Below, one piece after another: positions 8,446 to 17,642 of a stretch of 32,000 nucleotides of DNA (positions are counted from its first letter, which is position 1; every line of letters starts with the position of its first letter). The stretch comes from Candidatus Scalindua sp. (GTDB lineage: Bacteria; Planctomycetota; Brocadiia; Brocadiales; Scalinduaceae). The stretch lies in assembly GCA_031316235.1 (NCBI GenBank), contig JALDRA010000001.1, positions 1,350,001 through 1,382,000 of the forward strand, in the 5' to 3' direction. The notes under the pieces were generated by a model that searched no databases, was not told the origin of the DNA, and worked only from the letters and a program-made list of their open reading frames with translations. Made by a program: the position numbers and the translations under genes.

Positions 8446-8467
8446 GCGTATATAAATCAATAAGGAC

Positions 8468-8513
8468 AAGTTTTTCTCGGATTTTATCCGAAATCCAGTA
8501 TGAGATGAGTATA
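8468..8513 (+). repeat. Solo module B of the repeat family (R3)
   Basis: TTTTTCTCGGATTTTATCCGAAATCCAGTATGAGATGAGTATA is identical to the right half of the 28072 copy. No module A is present. It starts 23 bp after the GNAT::deacetylase stop. A degenerate GTATATA at 8448-8454 may be the inner boundary. Confidence 0.8.
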
Positions 8514-8616
8514 TTTGCGTTTTTAATTGACATAATCATTATATAGGGTAGGATTCAGTAATTGTTATACTATTTATCTTTTTCCACAAGTACCAGCTTT
8601 ATTAAAGGGGAGAATC

Positions 8617-8850
8617 ATGTCTATAAATTATAAAGGTTACGATCTGGATCCTTCAACATCAAAATCAGCCGGCAGTGATGAATGGATGACTTCTATTCAT
8701 ATCAGCAAGATCAGTTCTGATGCCTATAAAATAAAACCATTTTACTATAAAGATGCTTTTAAAACCAAAGAAGAGGCAGACGATTATTCAGTAAATTTAG
8801 GTAAACAGATAATTGACGGCACCCATCCTGCTTTTAAAATTGATTTTTAG
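8617..8850 (+). CDS. Small hypothetical protein (77 aa)
   Basis: Preceded by AAAGGGGAGAATCATG. Soluble, protein-like composition. No family recognised. Confidence 0.5.
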   Translation: MSINYKGYDLDPSTSKSAGSDEWMTSIHISKISSDAYKIKPFYYKDAFKTKEEADDYSVNLGKQIIDGTHPAFKIDF

Positions 8851-9033
8851 TTATTGCCCCGACTTGACCAAGACATTTTCTCGTATGCCGGCAAGCTTAT
8901 TTGATCAAGCGTGGTAATCTGCTGATATTCCGCTCTCCCTGCTTTAAGAGACGGTACAGACAGAGATCATCTCCTGGCACCACGGACCAGGGCTGATCGA
9001 ATGAACCATTTGACATCTGAATAGAATGGCAGA

Positions 9034-9372
9034 TTACAATTCCGGTGATTTGTTTTTGTGACCAGACCATTTAGGCAGATTATCATCGATATCAATAATA
9101 CGCATACTAGAGAAAATATGGCACGTTGCCCTGGATGTCTCTGGAACTTTTGACGTACCTCCAAAATTAAAGAAGGATGGAAACGCAAGCCACATAGTAC
9201 GCCCTTCATCCGCAATAAGCGTTCGACAGTCACCACAGCTGACTTTGCAGGGAAGAATCCTGTCATGTTTGCCGGACTCACTGCTATAAAAGTGCAGACG
9301 CTCTATCCCTTTTGTTATTCTGACGTCGTGTTTGTGAAATATCGCTGCCCACTGCACAGGAGCGCCATGCAA
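9034..9372 (-). CDS. Hypothetical Cys-containing protein (112 aa, TTG start), possibly a truncated GFA/Mss4-like zinc-binding fold
   Basis: More protein-like than the overlapping 8967..9281 ORF. The segment FYSSESGKHDRILPCKVSCGDCRTLI loosely resembles the C-terminal Zn site of GFA-family proteins. The N-terminal half expected for that family is missing, and a stop lies about 20 codons upstream of the TTG. Same strand as, and 75 bp downstream of, the RimB-like gene. Confidence 0.3.
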   Translation of the reverse strand: MHGAPVQWAAIFHKHDVRITKGIERLHFYSSESGKHDRILPCKVSCGDCRTLIADEGRTMWLAFPSFFNFGGTSKVPETSRATCHIFSSMRIIDIDDNLPKWSGHKNKSPEL

Positions 9373-9447
9373 TTTCTGGCATTCTGATAAACCAATCCTT
9401 TTGCTTGCCAGTATGTAGACATAATACTGTTTTTCACATCGATTACT

Positions 9448-9990
9448 TTATTTTACCCTTTTTGTTTGTTTCCTCTTCAGTTTTGGCTTGGCGACTGCAT
9501 TGTAAATGGCAAAGGAATCTCTCTTTGTGAGTTTTCCCTGGCAAAAAGATTTTGCGGGATCTACGATGAGCTGACGCATTGCTTCGCGTCCCAGTAACAT
9601 GCGGTAGCTCATAAAATCTCGATTGGTAAGAGTGATATAAATAGTTTGACGCAGGCTGCCGATCTGGATGACACTGCAGATAACATAGCGGCTCTCTTTC
9701 TGACCATTTGAGCTCTTTATCACCCGCTCGCCAGCTACTTCAGCTATGCAGTGCCTGCTGATGCAATTGTTGTTCTGTAATGGATGGATATTGAAGCGGA
9801 CATAACGTTTTCCGAGTTTATAAAATACTGTTACATCAAATGCGTGCAATGCAGATGTCTTTGCACCCGTATCAATTTTCACTTTTATGGCGGGAATACA
9901 GAGTTCCGGAAGTCTTGCCCACTCTCTCCAGCCTACCACCACCTTACTCAGATTTAGATTTTGCTCATTTGTCCGCTTTTTCCGTGCCAT
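9448..9990 (-). CDS. RimB-like retropepsin-type protease (family annotated as putative ATP-dependent zinc protease, DUF785/COG4067), 180 aa
   Basis: VVGWREWARLPELCIPAIKVKIDTGAKTSALHAFDV carries the D-T-G-A aspartic-protease signature in the context typical of RimK-associated proteins. Confidence 0.75.
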   Translation of the reverse strand: MARKKRTNEQNLNLSKVVVGWREWARLPELCIPAIKVKIDTGAKTSALHAFDVTVFYKLGKRYVRFNIHPLQNNNCISRHCIAEVAGERVIKSSNGQKESRYVICSVIQIGSLRQTIYITLTNRDFMSYRMLLGREAMRQLIVDPAKSFCQGKLTKRDSFAIYNAVAKPKLKRKQTKRVK

Positions 9991-10090
9991 CTGATTGGTC
10001 TGCCGTTTTATCTATCCATACCCGTTGCGGTATCGTAGTCTGTGATATTGTCCTGCTTTTCACAACTCTTCCCTCATACCTTCTATACGT

Positions 10091-11116
10091 TTATTCAAAC
10101 GTTTCATCAAAAAATTCTACCTGTTCTTCAACAGCCTTAGAGTCCTCAAAGGTGGCGATATGGAACAGGGCATCACCACTGTTGACGAGCGGCAAATTAT
10201 TTATTCCTATAACAATACCGGTTTCTCTTGCCCTTACTTTTATCCTGCCCATTCCAAATGTGTCGGAGATGACACCAAGTACTTCATCTTTTTTAAATCT
10301 GGAGCCTAACCCTTTCCTGATTCGCAGACTTCCGCTGTGCGGTGCACGTACCCAATGACTGGATCTGGCGACAAACACCTCTTTTTTACGTTGCCTGAAG
10401 TTAATTTTCTCCTGATCAATCATGCCAATAGCATTCATAATCGAGATAATACCCCGCTTTGCTGAACGAATGACCTTTTCTTCATAGCGCAGCGCTTCAC
10501 CGCCTTCAAAGAGTAACATCCGGATCTTTCTATCTGAGGCAGCCTGCCTTAGCGATCCGTCACGCAAGTTAGCATTGAGGACGACGGGCACACCAAAAGC
10601 AAGGGCAAGGAGCTTTGTTTGAGGATCTTCTGTTGAGGCACGGATTTGCGGTAAATTACTGCGATGGATAGGCCCCGTATGCAAATCAATGCCATGGGTG
10701 CATTTTTCCACGATCTCCTTCATGAAAATGTGAGCAATCTGTCCTCCAAGGGAACCGAGCTTGGATCCCGGAAAACAGCGGTTTAAATCTCGCCGATCCG
10801 GCAGGTATCGTGCATTCTGGTGAAAACCGAAAACGTTTACTATGGGTACCGCAATTAATGCCCCCCTGATACCTGAGAGTAGGGTTTTTTGTGCCAGCAA
10901 GCGTTTGATCGCTTCTGTCCCGTTAATTTCATCACCGTGAATGGCGGCTGATACAAACAAAACCGGTCCCTTCTTTTTCCCATGCACAACTTCTACAGGA
11001 ATAGTCATTCCCGTATAATCATAGAGTTGTGCGACTTCAATCCCTACCCGTTTACGTTTTCCCGGTGGTATGGAAACACCGCCAATGACTATATCTTCTG
11101 CCTGAGATAACGGCAT
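10091..11116 (-). CDS. Succinylglutamate desuccinylase/aspartoacylase-family zinc deacylase (M14-like fold, COG3608-type), 341 aa
   Basis: Zinc and catalytic signatures are present: SAAIHGDEINGTE, DLNRCFPG, GIDLHTG. The start codon lies 1 nt after the rimK stop (11118), suggesting translational coupling. Confidence 0.85.
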   Translation of the reverse strand: MPLSQAEDIVIGGVSIPPGKRKRVGIEVAQLYDYTGMTIPVEVVHGKKKGPVLFVSAAIHGDEINGTEAIKRLLAQKTLLSGIRGALIAVPIVNVFGFHQNARYLPDRRDLNRCFPGSKLGSLGGQIAHIFMKEIVEKCTHGIDLHTGPIHRSNLPQIRASTEDPQTKLLALAFGVPVVLNANLRDGSLRQAASDRKIRMLLFEGGEALRYEEKVIRSAKRGIISIMNAIGMIDQEKINFRQRKKEVFVARSSHWVRAPHSGSLRIRKGLGSRFKKDEVLGVISDTFGMGRIKVRARETGIVIGINNLPLVNSGDALFHIATFEDSKAVEEQVEFFDETFE

Positions 11117-11117
11117 A

Positions 11118-12032
11118 TTATCCTCGTCCTTTCATTTTATTCGGCCCTCTTAAAGCATCCTTTTCGACATATTCAATGATGGCATTGGCAACATCTTTTC
11201 CCGTTGAAGCTTCAATCCCCTTCAGCCCCGGAGATGAATTAACTTCGAGTACTAGAGGACCATGTGCTGAGCGGATAATATCCACACCTGCAACATCAAG
11301 ACCCATGACCCCGGCAGCACGGACAGCTAACGCCCTTTCATCAGGTCTCAGTTTCACGACAGTTGCAGTTCCTCCCAGGTGCAGGTTTGACCGGTATTCC
11401 CCCTCTTTCGCCTGGCGCTGCATGGCAGCAACGACTTTATCACCGATAACAAAACAGCGTATATCAGACCCACCCGCTTCTTTAATAAATTCCTGTACAA
11501 GAAAATCCGCATCCAAACCACGAAATGCATTGATAACGCTTTCTGCAGCTTTATTGGTTTCAGCCAGTACCACACCACTGCCATGAGTGCTTTTCAGTAC
11601 CTTAACAATCAATGGTGCCCCCCCTACGAATTCAATCAAATCTTCGGTTGCATTTGCGGCATGTGCATACCCGGTCATCGGCATACCGACACCTTTGCGG
11701 GCGAGAAGCTGGTGAGCCCTTAATTTATCCCGCGAACGGGAAATAGCTACCGACTCATTGACCGAATACACACCGCTAACCTCAAATTGACGCAGCACAG
11801 CTGTACCATAAGCTGTTACTGATGCCCCGATACGCGGAATTACTGCATCAAATTCTAACTTTTCCTTTTTATCCTTTGGTTTGTAATAGACGGTTGGCTT
11901 GTTTGCCGTGATATTCATATAACACTTCAAGACGTCAACCACTTTCACACTATGTCCCCGTTTTCGTGCTGTTTCCACCAGGCGGCTTGTGGAATAGAGT
12001 CGAGCATCGCGGGACAAAACACCCATTCTCAT
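11118..12032 (-). CDS. rimK: RimK-family ATP-grasp alpha-L-glutamate ligase, 304 aa
   Basis: Typical RimK N-terminus ([24 protein letters not shown]) and ATP-grasp core ([17 protein letters not shown]...[25 protein letters not shown]...[10 protein letters not shown]...[23 protein letters not shown]). RBS GAGGAGTAAAAACATG. Confidence 0.9.
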   Translation of the reverse strand: MRMGVLSRDARLYSTSRLVETARKRGHSVKVVDVLKCYMNITANKPTVYYKPKDKKEKLEFDAVIPRIGASVTAYGTAVLRQFEVSGVYSVNESVAISRSRDKLRAHQLLARKGVGMPMTGYAHAANATEDLIEFVGGAPLIVKVLKSTHGSGVVLAETNKAAESVINAFRGLDADFLVQEFIKEAGGSDIRCFVIGDKVVAAMQRQAKEGEYRSNLHLGGTATVVKLRPDERALAVRAAGVMGLDVAGVDIIRSAHGPLVLEVNSSPGLKGIEASTGKDVANAIIEYVEKDALRGPNKMKGRG

Positions 12033-12106
12033 GTTTTTACTCCTCGTTAAAAATTAAATATATTTGTAAAATATAATAGCTAACCACCGGGAATGGATGC
12101 AAGAAA

Positions 12107-12131
12107 TATACTCCCTCTAGCAACCAGCCTG
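12107..12131 (-). repeat. Possible degenerate, internally deleted remnant of the repeat family
   Basis: TATACTCCCTCT joins directly to AGCAACCAGCCTG. The first part resembles the module-B terminus (TATACTCCTCTC in the 30774 copy). The second resembles the module-A variant AGCAACCAGGCTTTGG, the reverse complement of the 27357 copy. Short and imperfect. Confidence 0.3.
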
Positions 12132-12229
12132 CCCTGAACATCTCTCTCTGTACACCACGCACAGGGAAACCGCAGAAAGCCGGTTTTCAAACTTTACCTT
12201 ATTACTATAAAGAAAAACAGTCTTATTTT

Positions 12230-12892
12230 TCAGCTCAGATAACTTCGTCCCAATAGATATGAAATCAACAATACCTGATTCCGCAGAGAGGTTCTCAGGA
12301 AACCATTATTGCCCCATCGCCTCACAGAAGCCAAGATCTCTTTATCAACTATCATTATTTTCCCATATTTTCTTAATCGACATACAAAATCGAGGTCCTC
12401 GCAAACTGTCATCTTCTTGAAACCTCCCAGTTTGTCGAATAAGGACCTCTTAACGAACAGCCCTTGATCTCCGTACGGCAATTTAAAAATCCTTGAACGA
12501 AGGTTTATGCCGACCTCGATCATCCGGTAGATGAAACTGCCGGATAACAGTTTTATCTTAAATGCACCTCCTGCCACCAGTGAATTTTCAATTACGTGTG
12601 AAATATTCAGGGCAAGTTCCCCGGGCAGGATACAGTCAGCATGAAGAAAAAGCAGAACCCTGCCGTGAGAAATTGATGCCCCCAGGTTCATCTGAACACT
12701 CCGTGCCCTGACAGAAGAGAGAACCTTAACATCTCTATACCCCCTTGCAATCTGAACCGTACTATCAGTACTGCCGCCATCCACAATGATCACCTCAATA
12801 CCAGGAATATTAACCAGCGTTCCCAAACATCTCTTGATATTTTCTTCCTCATTAAACGTTGGTATTATTATTGAAATACATTCCTGCATCAT
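12230..12892 (-). CDS. Family 2 glycosyltransferase-like protein (220 aa), resembling the rSAM/selenodomain-associated transferase 2 family
   Basis: IIIPTFNEEENI, VIIVDGGSTDSTV, RARSVQMNLGA, LFLHADCILP, LPYGDQGLFVKRSLF and ASVRRWGNNG match my memory of that family (TIGR04283). Needs an HMM check. Confidence 0.8.
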   Translation of the reverse strand: MMQECISIIIPTFNEEENIKRCLGTLVNIPGIEVIIVDGGSTDSTVQIARGYRDVKVLSSVRARSVQMNLGASISHGRVLLFLHADCILPGELALNISHVIENSLVAGGAFKIKLLSGSFIYRMIEVGINLRSRIFKLPYGDQGLFVKRSLFDKLGGFKKMTVCEDLDFVCRLRKYGKIMIVDKEILASVRRWGNNGFLRTSLRNQVLLISYLLGRSYLS

Positions 12893-13008
12893 GGTAAGAA
12901 ACTTTATCAGGCAGATGTCAGCACAGCGGGAGAGGATGACATATTTCCTTCAGATTTCGGCAGACCTGCCTGACAGCGTCGTTTAGTGGTTTCAGTCAAC
13001 ACTGGTTA

Positions 13009-13704
13009 TTATCTGATAAAACTATATTTAATAATGGTGAAAATAATTTTAACGCCTGCTTTTATTGTCCCTGACAGCGTACCCGTAATCTTTGATGTTC
13101 CTATTCGTTTTCTGTACCTGACCGGCACTTCAGTTATCCGCAGTCCCTTCTTTATTGCTCTGATCTGCATCTCAACGGTCCAGCCAAAATTTCTATCGCT
13201 CATTCCCAATCCCATCAGTGCATCGTATCTAATTGCCCGGAAAGGACCCAGATCAGTGTACCGGAATCCATAGATCAATCGGATCAGGAAGACTGCAAGC
13301 TTGTTTCCAATAACCGCTTGCGGCAATAATGCACCCTTTTCCCTCTTCCCCAGCAGACGTGAACCAATTACCAGATCTGCTTTATCAATCAACAATGGGT
13401 TTACAAGCACATGGATATCCTGAGGATAATCACTGTAGTCCGCATCAATGAATACCACAATCTCAGTATCGTGATCAAGCACAGAAACGCCTCTCAGGCA
13501 TGCTGAACCATAACCCCTCTCCGGCTCTGCAACCACCTTTGCCCCACGATTCGCAGCTACCTGTGCAGTCTCATCATGACTGCCATTATCTACAACGACT
13601 ATCTCCCGCACCAAGTATCTGGGGATATCGCGGATAACGAGACCAATAGATTCTTCTTCGTTCAGGGCAGGAATTACGACAGAAATTCTGGAGATCTTGC
13701 GCAT
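13009..13704 (-). CDS. Family 2 glycosyltransferase (polyprenol-phosphate glycosyltransferase-like), 231 aa
   Basis: ISVVIPALNEEESIG, VVVDNGSHDETAQVA, GYGSA and VVFIDADYSDYPQD form a GT-A DxD-type pattern. No C-terminal TM segment noticed. Confidence 0.8.
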   Translation of the reverse strand: MRKISRISVVIPALNEEESIGLVIRDIPRYLVREIVVVDNGSHDETAQVAANRGAKVVAEPERGYGSACLRGVSVLDHDTEIVVFIDADYSDYPQDIHVLVNPLLIDKADLVIGSRLLGKREKGALLPQAVIGNKLAVFLIRLIYGFRYTDLGPFRAIRYDALMGLGMSDRNFGWTVEMQIRAIKKGLRITEVPVRYRKRIGTSKITGTLSGTIKAGVKIIFTIIKYSFIR

Positions 13705-13800
13705 GAAATTTTCAATTCTTCCCTATCCTCTTCGTTCCGTCTCGTAAATTCTGAAGCCTTATACCCGAAAGAGTTTCCAGATACTCTTCAATTGTTTTCC

Positions 13801-14622
13801 TTACTGCCGCTTCACAACGATTCCCGCATACCCTACCACATGGTCGTAATCTCCTGAAACAACCCCGCTGGTTTCATATCTTATTAATTCTGCTTTTGTT
13901 GCCGCTCTCTCTTTTGAACAGATAAGCATTGAGATTACCGGATCAATCCCGCACATAGTAATGTTGTTCTCCTGTACCACACGATACAGATCAGCCTCTC
14001 TTAATGCCAAGATCTCAGAAATGGCTAACATATCTTTCCGGTTTGCAGATTGCTGGTTTTCATAATGAGTCATATCGGACGAGGCGATCACAAGGGCGTT
14101 CTTGCGTATTTTCATAAGAACCGTTCCAATAGATTTGCCGAAAACTTGCAAATCCTCATATCTGCCTGAGCGTATAACGACAACGGCAATCTTTACCCGT
14201 GGATTCATGTATTGCAGAAAGGGTAAAATAACCTCGGCAGAGTGTTCACGAATGTGTGCCTCCCTGTTTATTTTCACAAGATTACACGAGGCTGTAATTT
14301 CCTGAACAAGTTCTTCATCCGTAGGAACCTCGCCAAGGGGAGTGCTCCAATACCCTTCAGGCCAGATCGAAAAGGGAGCTCCTGCTCCTGTATGGTTCGG
14401 TGCAAGTATCACTACCGTATCGGGCACCTCTATTCCAGAAAAAAGACTCCCCATTACTCTGCCTGAATAGGTATACCCTGCATGGGGGCTGATGAGTCCT
14501 AAGACCCTTTTCCTCACTGCTTTCTCATCCAGATGCCTCCTCAGCTCCTCTATGAGGGCTGCCTTATCTGCGGGATAAAAACTCCCGGATACTACTGGTA
14601 ATCGAACGGTTTCTCTTCTCAC
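13801..14622 (-). CDS. Memo-like protein (AmmeMemoRadiSam system protein B family), 273 aa, GTG start
   Basis: PVVSGSFYPADKAAL...LGLISPHAGYTYSGRVMG...VVILAPNHTG...SSDMTHYE...MCGIDP is the characteristic MEMO1/AmmeMemoRadiSam-B pattern. Confidence 0.85.
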   Translation of the reverse strand: MRRETVRLPVVSGSFYPADKAALIEELRRHLDEKAVRKRVLGLISPHAGYTYSGRVMGSLFSGIEVPDTVVILAPNHTGAGAPFSIWPEGYWSTPLGEVPTDEELVQEITASCNLVKINREAHIREHSAEVILPFLQYMNPRVKIAVVVIRSGRYEDLQVFGKSIGTVLMKIRKNALVIASSDMTHYENQQSANRKDMLAISEILALREADLYRVVQENNITMCGIDPVISMLICSKERAATKAELIRYETSGVVSGDYDHVVGYAGIVVKRQ

Positions 14623-14705
14623 AATTTCAGGGAAAAATGGAACAATAGATAAATAAAACAGTCACACCCAGTTTAACAATGAGCTTTTTTCATGTCAAAA
14701 CCTTT

Positions 14706-14876
14706 TATACTCATCTTATAATTGTTTAGGGATAAAATCCTGGATAAAGCGGAACGAGTAGAGTCCTCGGCGTTTTTTGTCCGGGAAAAGTCCTCGGCGT
14801 CTGGTTTTGTCCGGTTATACCGGCAGCCAGGCTTTGGTTTTGAGAAAAACCTAAAACCAAATCGATTTTCGTGTAT
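14706..14876 (-). repeat. Expanded, divergent copy of the repeat family (R4) with an internal 27-bp tandem duplication
   Basis: Starts TATACTCATCTTATAATTGTTTAGGGATAAAATCCTGG (module-B variant) and ends AAAACCTAAAACCAAATCGATTTTCGTGTAT (module-A variant). Between them, AGTCCTCGGCGT occurs at 14762 and 14789, and TTTTGTCCGG at 14775 and 14805. It lies in the divergent intergenic region between the Memo-like and ThiI-like genes. Confidence 0.7.
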
Positions 14877-15016
14877 CAGTTTATATCAGCCGTTTTATCT
14901 CACCTTTTATTTGACAAAATAATTATTTCTGTTACCATTGAATTCTTCCATAATCAACGCGGTTTGTGAGAAAAACCTCGAAATCTTTAGAAAAATTTTC
15001 CATATATAATTGAAAA

Positions 15017-16024
15017 ATGACAAAAGCTCTCGCATTGTTATCAGGCGGACTCGATAGTACATTAGCCATCCGTGTAATTCAGGAACAGGGGATAGAGGTA
15101 ATCGCCCTGAACTTTGTGACGGTCTTCTGCCTCTGCACCTCCAAGGGAAGCTGCAAACTTGAGGCAGTCAAGGTTTCCGAAAAACTTGGGATCCCGATCA
15201 AAGTAATAAATACCACCAAGAGTTTTCTGGAAATTGTCAAGAAGCCAAAGCATGGATACGGGAAGAATATGAATCCCTGCATCGATTGCCGCATAAACAT
15301 TTTCAGGGCTGCAGGGGAATATATGAAAGAGATTGATGCCTCTTTTTTAATAACCGGAGAAGTTCTGGGACAGCGGCCCATGTCACAAAGAAAAGAGGCC
15401 ATGAAGACAATTGATAAAGAAGCCGGGTTGACCGGACTTGTTTTAAGGCCCCTTTGTGCAAAACACCTGGAACCTACCATACCTGAAAAGAGTGGACTCG
15501 TTGACAGGGATAAGCTCCTGCAAATTAAGGGTCGTTCACGAAAAGATCAGATACAACTTGCTGATATTTTCCAAATCTCCGATTATCCCTGTGCATCGGG
15601 AGGGTGCCTGCTCACTGATCCCGAATTTGCTAACAGGATGAAGGATTCTCTTGATCACGAAAATCCCAACATAAATGATGTGAATCTGTTAAAAGTTGGA
15701 AGACATTTTCGGATTGATGACAAAACCAAAGTCGTAGTCAGCCGAAATGAAGACGAAAATATCACGATACAGAATTTAGCAAGAGAGAACGATTATCTCC
15801 TTCACCTGAAAGATTTCCCGGGTCCTCTTGCACTTGTGAGAGGAGAAGTCAATGAAGAAAAATTGAAGATTGCGGCACAGCTTACGGCCAGAAGCAGTAA
15901 GGCAAAAGACCTTGAAGATGCCGAAGTCGTCATATCCAGAGCAAATCTGGATTCTCCACAACACATTTTACATGTGCCAAGGATTGACCCTCACATAGCC
16001 GAAACACTCATGATAAGAAAATAA
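15017..16024 (+). CDS. PP-loop ATP pyrophosphatase, ThiI-like sulfurtransferase domain without a THUMP domain (335 aa)
   Basis: PP-loop ALALLSGGLDSTLA at the N-terminus. CIDCRINIFRAAGEYMKEIDASFLITGEVLGQRPMSQ resembles the ThiI adenylation domain. The C-terminal ~150 aa are not recognised. Confidence 0.75.
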   Translation: MTKALALLSGGLDSTLAIRVIQEQGIEVIALNFVTVFCLCTSKGSCKLEAVKVSEKLGIPIKVINTTKSFLEIVKKPKHGYGKNMNPCIDCRINIFRAAGEYMKEIDASFLITGEVLGQRPMSQRKEAMKTIDKEAGLTGLVLRPLCAKHLEPTIPEKSGLVDRDKLLQIKGRSRKDQIQLADIFQISDYPCASGGCLLTDPEFANRMKDSLDHENPNINDVNLLKVGRHFRIDDKTKVVVSRNEDENITIQNLARENDYLLHLKDFPGPLALVRGEVNEEKLKIAAQLTARSSKAKDLEDAEVVISRANLDSPQHILHVPRIDPHIAETLMIRK

Positions 16025-16082
16025 CTTTTTTACAGAATTATTCAATACGAAAAAGTTATCAATTTCCAAGGCCAATATAGTC

Positions 16083-16111
16083 TTGACATTTCGCATCTGC
16101 TTTACTAGAAT
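16083..16111 (+). promoter_or_regulatory. Sigma-70-type promoter candidate for the 16161-19325 operon
   Basis: TTGACA (16083-16088), an exact 17-nt spacer, then TAGAAT (16106-16111), about 50 nt upstream of the ATG at 16161. Confidence 0.55.
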
Positions 16112-16160
16112 TCAACTTACCCATTAGTTCGTAAAAGTATTTTTAAGACCTTCCGATCCC

Positions 16161-17102
16161 ATGAAGAACCCGACTGGTAAATTACGCTACGAGAAAAGGG
16201 CTTCACATCCCATTTTTGGTATATCAATAAACAAACTTGAGGAATTTCATCAGGATTCGATATACTTCAGGGATGTAAAGGCTCGTACGCGTTCACCAAG
16301 TTTAAGATCTGGAGAAACTGCGGGCGGAGAGGAAAAAATATACGCATACGACAGGTTCCTGATGCACCACGATTATGTTATACAGGATGCAATGGGGAAA
16401 AATTTTGTTGAGATAACGAACGATAAGAATGAGATTCACAGGACAGGTAATATAGTTCCCGGTGCCATGACGGCATCAAAAATAATACTGCCTCTTGAAA
16501 TACTCATACCAGAGCTGGAAATATCGAATATAAACGTTAAATTTACAAATACCTCTGTGTATGGTGAGAAAACTAAGAATATTTTTTCTTTTCAGTTCTC
16601 AACACCTTTTTACGTTCACATTGAGGTAAACACTCTTCAAATGCAGGAAACCGTGGCCAGGACCGTAATAACAGGTCAGATTGTCAACAATGAAGGAGAG
16701 AAAAGAACGGTTAATGAAGAAGATGTCAACGAAACAAACCTTAATCTTTTAAGGAAATATTTTGATACTCTGGCAATTGAAAGTGAGGCCTACATACAAA
16801 AAGATAGCTACAGAGACTATACTTACCCGCTTTCTTATATTTCAGCCTTGCCATCTGCTGAAATTGTTAAGCAGATGGAGGGCGAAGGCGGAATGATTAA
16901 TGTCCTGAGGATGAATTTTGGCAGCGCTGACAGAATACCCATAATCGATGCAAAAGGGCCTGAGGTAAAATTGGCAAGGGCCCGTGAAAGGACCACATTT
17001 AATAAGATTATAACAGAAATCTTCACCGATGTTGTTACGTATTACCGTGGACTCGCAATAGTAAATCCGGTTGCTAAATTCAGGGGCGGTACAATCTTGT
17101 AA
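16161..17102 (+). CDS. Hypothetical protein (313 aa), weak hotdog/MaoC-like resemblance in the N-terminal half
   Basis: Uninterrupted ORF downstream of a good promoter. ITNDKNEIHRTGNIVPGAMTASKI weakly resembles the MaoC dehydratase motif (D.NPIH...I.HGM). This is not a secure call. Confidence 0.6.
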   Translation: MKNPTGKLRYEKRASHPIFGISINKLEEFHQDSIYFRDVKARTRSPSLRSGETAGGEEKIYAYDRFLMHHDYVIQDAMGKNFVEITNDKNEIHRTGNIVPGAMTASKIILPLEILIPELEISNINVKFTNTSVYGEKTKNIFSFQFSTPFYVHIEVNTLQMQETVARTVITGQIVNNEGEKRTVNEEDVNETNLNLLRKYFDTLAIESEAYIQKDSYRDYTYPLSYISALPSAEIVKQMEGEGGMINVLRMNFGSADRIPIIDAKGPEVKLARARERTTFNKIITEIFTDVVTYYRGLAIVNPVAKFRGGTIL

Positions 17103-17126
17103 TTTCTCCCCTACAAAAGATCCTTT

Positions 17127-17639
17127 ATGATTGTTTCCCTTCCCATTATGAGAAGTAACGGGCGGCTTTTAAGAAGCTCCCGATTACGATTTCTCCTCCT
17201 TTTGGCTTTGGCATCTTTCCTCTCTAGCTGCACCAAACACCCCCATTCAACCGACAACCCTCTGTACGAAATTTCCGTCAGCGGTAAACGTATCCAGGTC
17301 GAAGTTGCATCCACATATGAGGAGCGGAAATCAGGCTTAATGCATCGAAACAAACTTAAGAAGGACACCGGTATGCTGTTTGTTTTTCCACAGGAAAAGT
17401 ATCTCTCCTTCTGGATGAAAAATACAAAAATACCTCTTTCCATTGCCTTTATAAGCAACAGTGGAGAAATAACCCAGATAGAATCCATGAAGCCGCACAG
17501 CCCCACCAGTCACACATCGAAGGCCAGGGTAAAATACGCTCTTGAAATGAAAGACAAATGGTTCGACAAAAATGAAATAACCGTGGGGAACAAAGTTGAT
17601 TTTTCATCTAAAATTTTCAACATTAACGCAAGCGAGTAA
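17127..17639 (+). CDS. DUF192-domain protein, probable lipoprotein (170 aa; alternative start 17148)
   Basis: VASTYEERKSGLMHRNKLKKDTGMLFVFPQEKYLSFWMKNTKIPLSIAFISNSGEI is the DUF192 (COG1430) pattern. The N-terminus has a signal peptide with lipobox LSSC. Confidence 0.8.
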   Translation: MIVSLPIMRSNGRLLRSSRLRFLLLLALASFLSSCTKHPHSTDNPLYEISVSGKRIQVEVASTYEERKSGLMHRNKLKKDTGMLFVFPQEKYLSFWMKNTKIPLSIAFISNSGEITQIESMKPHSPTSHTSKARVKYALEMKDKWFDKNEITVGNKVDFSSKIFNINASE

Positions 17640-17642
17640 ATC

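Noticed and set aside
8967-9281. Track ORF 8967..9281 (-), 104 aa
   Set aside because: It overlaps 9034..9372 in another frame and has Arg/Leu-rich, low-plausibility composition. I retained the other frame, itself only at low confidence.
9840-11586. ORFs 9840..10358 (+), 11176..11586 (+) and 11354..11584 (-)
   Set aside because: They are antisense or out of frame relative to the RimB-like, M14-like and rimK genes. They show Ser/Pro/Leu-rich composition typical of antisense frames.
14722-14922. Track ORF 14722..14922 (+), and likewise 27388..27597 (-)
   Set aside because: Both are read-through translations of repeat copies (R4 and R5) in intergenic DNA, with no RBS and repeat-derived peptide sequence.
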